NCBI RefSeq assembly: GCF_009914755.1
Contig: NC_060926.1
From: the human T2T-CHM13v2.0 reference genome, Homo sapiens
Length of the DNA stretch: 64,000 nucleotides
Direction: 5' to 3' (one strand)
Below the pieces are notes generated by a model. It ran no database searches. It had not been told where the DNA came from and was given only the letters and a program-made list of their open reading frames with translations. Both the position numbers and the translations under genes were made by a program. Below are positions 57,627-64,000 of this stretch, piece after piece. Position 1 is the stretch's first letter. Each line of letters opens with the position of its first letter.

Positions 57627-58320
57627 GCAGTTCTCAAATTGTGGTATAAAAATCCTGGGGTCTCTTAGTCTCCTGTAGGGGTCTGCAAGGTCCAAACTAT
57701 TTTCACAATATGTAATACCTTTGTTGCTCTTATTTTCTCATGAGTATACACTGGAGTTTTCCAGAGACTACAAGATGTGTGATACCACAACAGATTGAAT
57801 GCAGTAGCAGACATGAGAATTTAGCTGTCTTCTATTAAGGCAATGTTAACAAGACTTGAAAAAAAAAAAAGTAAAACAATGCTACTTTTTTTTACTAATA
57901 TTATTTTGTCTCATAAAAAATAGCTATTTTTTTCATAAAAAAATGTTATTAGTGGACCTCAACAAAAAGTGTTCTGCAGTGCACTGACATATATAATAAA
58001 ACCTTTTATGGCAATTATTCACTGCCTCTGAGTCTCAGGAGAGAAATCAGAGGTGTTTTAAGAAACCACTGTGAAGAGCTGGCATTTGAGTTGGTCCTTA
58101 AGAATGGAGATTTTTTTTTAAACACACCCACAAAAGTATGTTATTTATAACAAATAATATTATTTTAAAAATATATTAACATTTTGAAAAGTTCTAAAGT
58201 TTAATTTTGAATACTATAAATATTGATAGTTATAACCCCCATAAACAAAAGCTCTTTGGAATCCTCAATAATTTTAAACACTGTAAAAAAATCATGAGAC
58301 CAAATATTTGAGAAGTGCTG
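57627..58320. mobile_element. hAT-Charlie DNA transposon remnant
   Basis: gcagttctcaaa...tttgagaagtgctg termini; internal acaacagattgaatgcag...ctgtcttctattaag. Confidence 0.65.
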
Positions 58321-58536
58321 CTTTAAACTATTTTACCAAATTAAACATAATGTATCTGAACTGTACAGTTGGCTTTTATGTAATTTTAGATGTGAAAAAA
58401 TACTTTTTTGTTAAGCACATGACAATCTTTTTTGAGATATTTCTTTTTACAATAGAAAATATTAGGATTTGAATACAGGAAGATAATTTAAAATGTACCA
58501 TATTTAATTGGATTTATATTGCATTCGCATTCCATG

Positions 58537-58843
<307 letters not shown>

Positions 58844-59925
58844 AGCATTCCACTTTTTTAAAAAGAATCTTTCTGGGAGTTCTCTAACAATAAGAGAATG
58901 GTTGAATAAGTGAATATGAAAAAGCAGATAGCCCATGGCTCAGGGATTCATATGTATATTTTAATTCATTTACCTATAAATCCCCATTGTGTGTTAACAT
59001 ATTTTATTAATGAAATTACAGAATTAATACGGTCTTAATGAAAAGTAGGATGCATGATTTACTTTTTAGGCTTTATAAAAGAGAAAATGAAATATGGCTA
59101 AATTTGCTAAAAAGTCTGTTTACAGTAAATATTGCATCTTGAGAGCACTGGAGAAAATGTGATACTGATTTATTCACCAAGATTGAATGTTACACAATAA
59201 ACAATGTCACTATTCACTAGTCCACTTGAATTCTTCTCTTATGGAAGTTTTATAAAGTAAATAACAAAACAAAACAAAAACAATGCTTTCAGATGCTGAA
59301 TTCTAAGACAATCTAAAATGAGTAAGAAATGTTGACGAAAAGGTTAAAAATGAAACAATGTACAAACAGATATGGCAGAGGTCTAAAATGACCACCAAAA
59401 TACTCAGCATATTTGCATTAGCTAAAGAATCAGTGCTGCGGTTATTAACATCTTTAAAAATTGTCTAACTGCCCCCAATCTGTAAGTACTGCTCTGATTA
59501 CATTTCAAACCAACAAGCAAACAAACAAAAACCCTATTTCTCTAAAATTAAACAGCAGTTTTATTCACTCACATTACTACTTGTTCATACAATCAACAAT
59601 TATTTACTGAATAACTACCATAAATAAAGGCAACTAATAAGTATTTACTAAGTCCTAAATGTGCTAAATGCTTTATAGCAATTATTCCATTTCATCCTTA
59701 GCACCCTATGAGGCAGGTACTATTATATTATCCATTTTACTAGCAATAATAGAGGTAAATTTCTCAAAGTCATGTAGTTTATAGGAAAAGCCATCTGGCA
59801 TTTACTACTACTATACTCAACTGTGCCAGGAATTGTGTAATTCAATGTACTCTTTTAACTATTACTTATTAGAAGAGAATTTACCTTCAACATTTTTGCC
59901 CTAAATTAAAACAAAACATAAATAA

Positions 59926-60250
<325 letters not shown>

Positions 60251-61502
60251 TAAAAATAGTATTTTGTTGGTTTTAAATAAATTATCAGAAAAGCTGACCT
60301 TAGTGAGATTAGAATTCCAAAGAAAAGGAGACAAGCAAGTATAAGTCAAAGTACATATGCTTCCTGTTAGAAAAAGAAAAGACCTATGTTAACAATTATA
60401 ATTAGATAGTTCCTGCATGGTCTGGAATAGGTAGAAACCCGTCAATGGAAATCTGTCTGCCTGATCACCTATGGAGAAAGCAGGAAATCCCGTTTTTAAA
60501 ACACTGCCTAATCACAAGAATAAAGCAGACATATCAATACAGCAAGAGAAGTGCTACATCCATGCTCATGTCACATGTATGTCTATACCTACACACGAAA
60601 CACAGCCAAAGAGCAAACTTTTGGCCAACCTACCTTGCCAAGGGTTCGTTACATAGAATACAGTTCCTTAAGCAGGGATCCAATTCATCAAAAAATGAAG
60701 GTTGGGCAAATTATTAACATTTTACCTAGCCAAAATAACTATACACTACGAAAATGTCTAACAATCAGAAATCAGACAATGGAAACTAAGGAATCTGGAA
60801 AAGCATTTAGTGAGGGGCTACATTTTTTTTTTGTACTTTGCATGTACAGATTTTTAAAATGTATTTTAAATGAATCAAAAAAGGTAAAAAATATTTTCCC
60901 AAAAATTTCAGTCTCTTAAAATACACTAAAATTTACTAACAAGGACCTTAAAATTAGGGACTTCATATTTAGAGAAAATAACATAAAAACACTTCAAAAA
61001 TTTTTTTTATTTGCGAATCCACTATGAGACAAACTTTCCTTTGTTTTTCACCAACAAACTAAGACAATTTATAAATCACAAATAGTCAACTATTTAGGTA
61101 AAATTTCATTTTCTCTGCCAAGAAAATTTTACACTTATTTTCCATTTTAAAAAACATAAATGCTAATAATAATAATGACTTAATAATAGTATCAAAGCTA
61201 ATAATATTTTTAAAACTCTGATAGTATTTAACTGAAGTTCAGCTTAAATAAAAACTAATATATTTCTCCAGATTGTTATTAAAGCCTTTTCTCTCTGTTA
61301 GGAAAGGATAGCATATTTAACTAAAAAAATTAAACATTTGGTATTTAGTTTATTAAAAAAAGAGAGAAACATGATTTTGCATTATTACCCTTAAAACTAA
61401 GCTATTTGTCTTTAGTTACTATTTCTCAACTGCTTAACTTAAAATATGGGAATATATATGTCTCAACTCTCTAATGCAACTGAAATAATATTTTGAAATT
61501 TT

Positions 61503-61802
61503 GCGAGGCACGGTGGCTCACACCTGTAATCTTAGCACCTTCTGGGAGGCTGAGGCAGGTGGATCACTTGAGGCCAGGAGTTCGAGACCAGCCTGATCAA
61601 CATGGTGAAACCCAGTCTCTACAAAAATACAAAAAATTAGCTTGGCATGGTGGCAGGCCCTTGTAGTCCCAGCTACTGGGAGGCTGGGGCATGAGAATCA
61701 CTTGAACCCGGGAGGCGGAGGTTGAAGTGGGCCAAGTTCACGCCACTGCACTGCAGCCTGGGCAACAGAGTGACACTCTGCCTCAAAAAAAAAAAAAAAA
61801 AA
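61503..61802 (+). mobile_element. Alu (S/J)
   Basis: Dimeric Alu with A tail. Confidence 0.88.
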
Positions 61803-62562
61803 GGAATTTTAACTTGTTCTGACTATTAAAATAATATATGCACTGCTGGAAGATTTTGGTAATTTAAATTATATTCCCTTATAAATTAGTTTTTATCATA
61901 ATTTATCCACAAACTTAGAAAATGAGACTCTAAGGGGAATAGCAAAATTCTGTCTCCCATCATACCTGGCAAATGAACAATTTAAATTGTTAATGTTTGT
62001 AAGCTGCCTTTTAAACCTCTGTGCCTCTATCAATTAGACAGTGCCTGGTGTAGAAGAGGCATTAAATAACTGTTGAATTTATTTACTGCATAGATGGGTA
62101 ACTTTTAAGAATTCAGACACACATTTTAACTGCTATCTTACTTTAAAAAAACCTTATAGCTAAAAAGTTAAGATTTCTAAGTTGTATGAATAATTCCAGC
62201 TGTTTTTAGTGACCAACCCATCTTAGAGATGTACCAAAGCAAGTTTTATAAGAAATAAACAGATCAGTTTTAGAAATAAAGTGCTAAAACATGTATCTGC
62301 CTTCAGTGGCAATACATGTGGTTTTCTCTAACATACAAGATCAGCAATGTAGCTTGATATAAAAAAATTATGTTGATGCTTCCCATTAGGACAACTATTA
62401 ACTAAATAATGAGCAAGGAAGCAATGGAAAAAGGTGAAATGCATATTGTAAAATATATCTACCAGCCTAATACAATTTTCTACCTTAAATATTAAAATAT
62501 AATATTAAAGGCAACTTAATCATTCTTGAATTTAAATTAAGTTTTAAAAGAACTTTACTTAC

Positions 62563-62621
62563 TTGTTTGCACCTAAAAAGTAACCACCTTGGTGTCCTTG
62601 TCCATATTCCAGTTGCAGATC
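62563..62621 (-). CDS. MAP4K3: MAP4K3 coding exon (59 nt, phase 0->2): DLQLEYGQGHQGGYFLGAN(K)
   Basis: tattag|GATCTG...AACAA|gtaagt. Confidence 0.96.
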
Positions 62622-64000
62622 CTAATAGTACAAAATAAAATATTTAGCACAATAGTAGTATATGACACACCATGATACATTAATATATATAATACATATT
62701 ATTTTTAAAAGATAAGTCCCAGACCCCCAAATAAATCTGTATTGCTATACATTCTTAAAAAGAAGGATTTCACGAGTTCATAGTCCTGATTTAAGTATTT
62801 TATTATTTGAGTGTTTTTCTTGGAATTTTTCTGAATAATATATGCAAAGTTTCATTTTTGGTTACTGTTACTTTAATTAACTTTTGTAAAAATCAGTTTT
62901 TAGAAAGAAAAAAGCTCAAATAAGGTGTTTATTCTCCAGTTATAATGAAGCAAAAACGTTCAGAGAAGTGAATATGTGACAAAAATCTTGGTTTACTTTG
63001 TATATAGTATCTAAAATAATTACGTATATAAACACTTTCACATATTTCTACTGCTGTTTCACGCAGGTAACAATTTTTTAAAGATATAAAATTGGGTGCT
63101 ATTTTAAAAGTAAATTACGTATATGAACTTGTACAATATTATAAATTGTACTGAAGGACTTTTAATAATTTTTTAAGCAAAACTTCAAATGAGTATTAAG
63201 GCAGTTCCTCAACTGTTTAAACACCTTCCGACTTAATGCTGTGGGTTATAGAGTGTTAAGAATTAACATTTAAAAGGATGAACAGTACACATGCTCAACT
63301 CAAATGCCTTCTTGAGAAAAAGAAATGTGCTTTCCAACAACCATGAAAAGAATGAAGTAAAGCTGCCTTTTGTCCTCTTCTTAAAGAGCCACTGTAATCT
63401 AGGCACTGTTTTAACCATTAAGGGGGAATATTTGACATTTAAAAAATGAATCTTATTTACATTAGAATATAGCATATTTAAAGTGCTTTTTATTTTTACA
63501 AGATATTCTCAGATTCATGATCAGGGCTTAACACAAAAGCTACCTTGGAGCAGCCGCCTTCCAAGATTGCCAGGGAAAATTATCTGCAGCTTTCTCTAAG
63601 TTTCCATAGCATTTAACACACAGAGCTGCTCTAGCACTTACACTGCATTTTAATCTATTTACATGTTTGTAAAAGCGAGCTCCTTAAACAATGGGAAATA
63701 ATCAAATCTATCTTCTTTCCTTACAGCCTACGGTCTAGCATTGTTCCTGGCACAAACTGACTGCACCATAAATAAATGCTTGTTCAAATGCCAACTGTTT
63801 ATTTTCCCATAAATAAAACTTCAGCCTCGTTAAGATACACAAAGCTAATTCTAAATGACACTAAAAACTAAGCCTCAAAATATAAGGATTTTAAGCAATA
63901 CATTACATTTAAGAGAGAAGCACTTTAAAATTTAAATATTCCAAGACCTGTCAAAAAAATCTGATGAAAATTAAAATCAAAATCCTGGTTTAGACAAGAC

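Noticed and set aside
60445-60919. Overlapping antisense ORFs of 61-122 aa
   Set aside because: No recognisable homology, promoter or splice support

Overview
Human (primate) genomic DNA, Alu/L1-rich. Positions ~12,095-64,000 hold the 3' part of MAP4K3 (GLK) on the minus strand. I traced 19 coding exons by hand; all have GT-AG boundaries, consistent phases and total 1,566 nt (521 aa plus stop). They encode the linker, the proline-rich motifs and the CNH domain ending ...LAGHENSY*, followed by a ~1.34-kb 3'UTR with AATAAA. About 5 kb further on is a CpG island with a strong minus-strand donor and an RFX X-box, probably the CDKL4 promoter/first exon (recalled gene order), abutted by a solo LTR12C with a 4-bp TSD. 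Also present: a sense-oriented LTR22 in the last MAP4K3 intron, a decayed SNORA67-like copy, an L1-retroposed LTR 3' fragment, and many Alu/L1/MIR/hAT elements. Most notable is a cluster of candidate small exons at 56,377-56,718 (56, 14 and 20 nt). Each is open and phase 0->2 like the canonical 59-nt exon at 62,563-62,621, suggesting a 'choose exactly one' splicing module with RBFOX/UGC motifs and a possible 16-nt frame-adaptor microexon. This is inferred from sequence and needs RNA-seq confirmation. Most ORF-track entries are repeat-derived noise.
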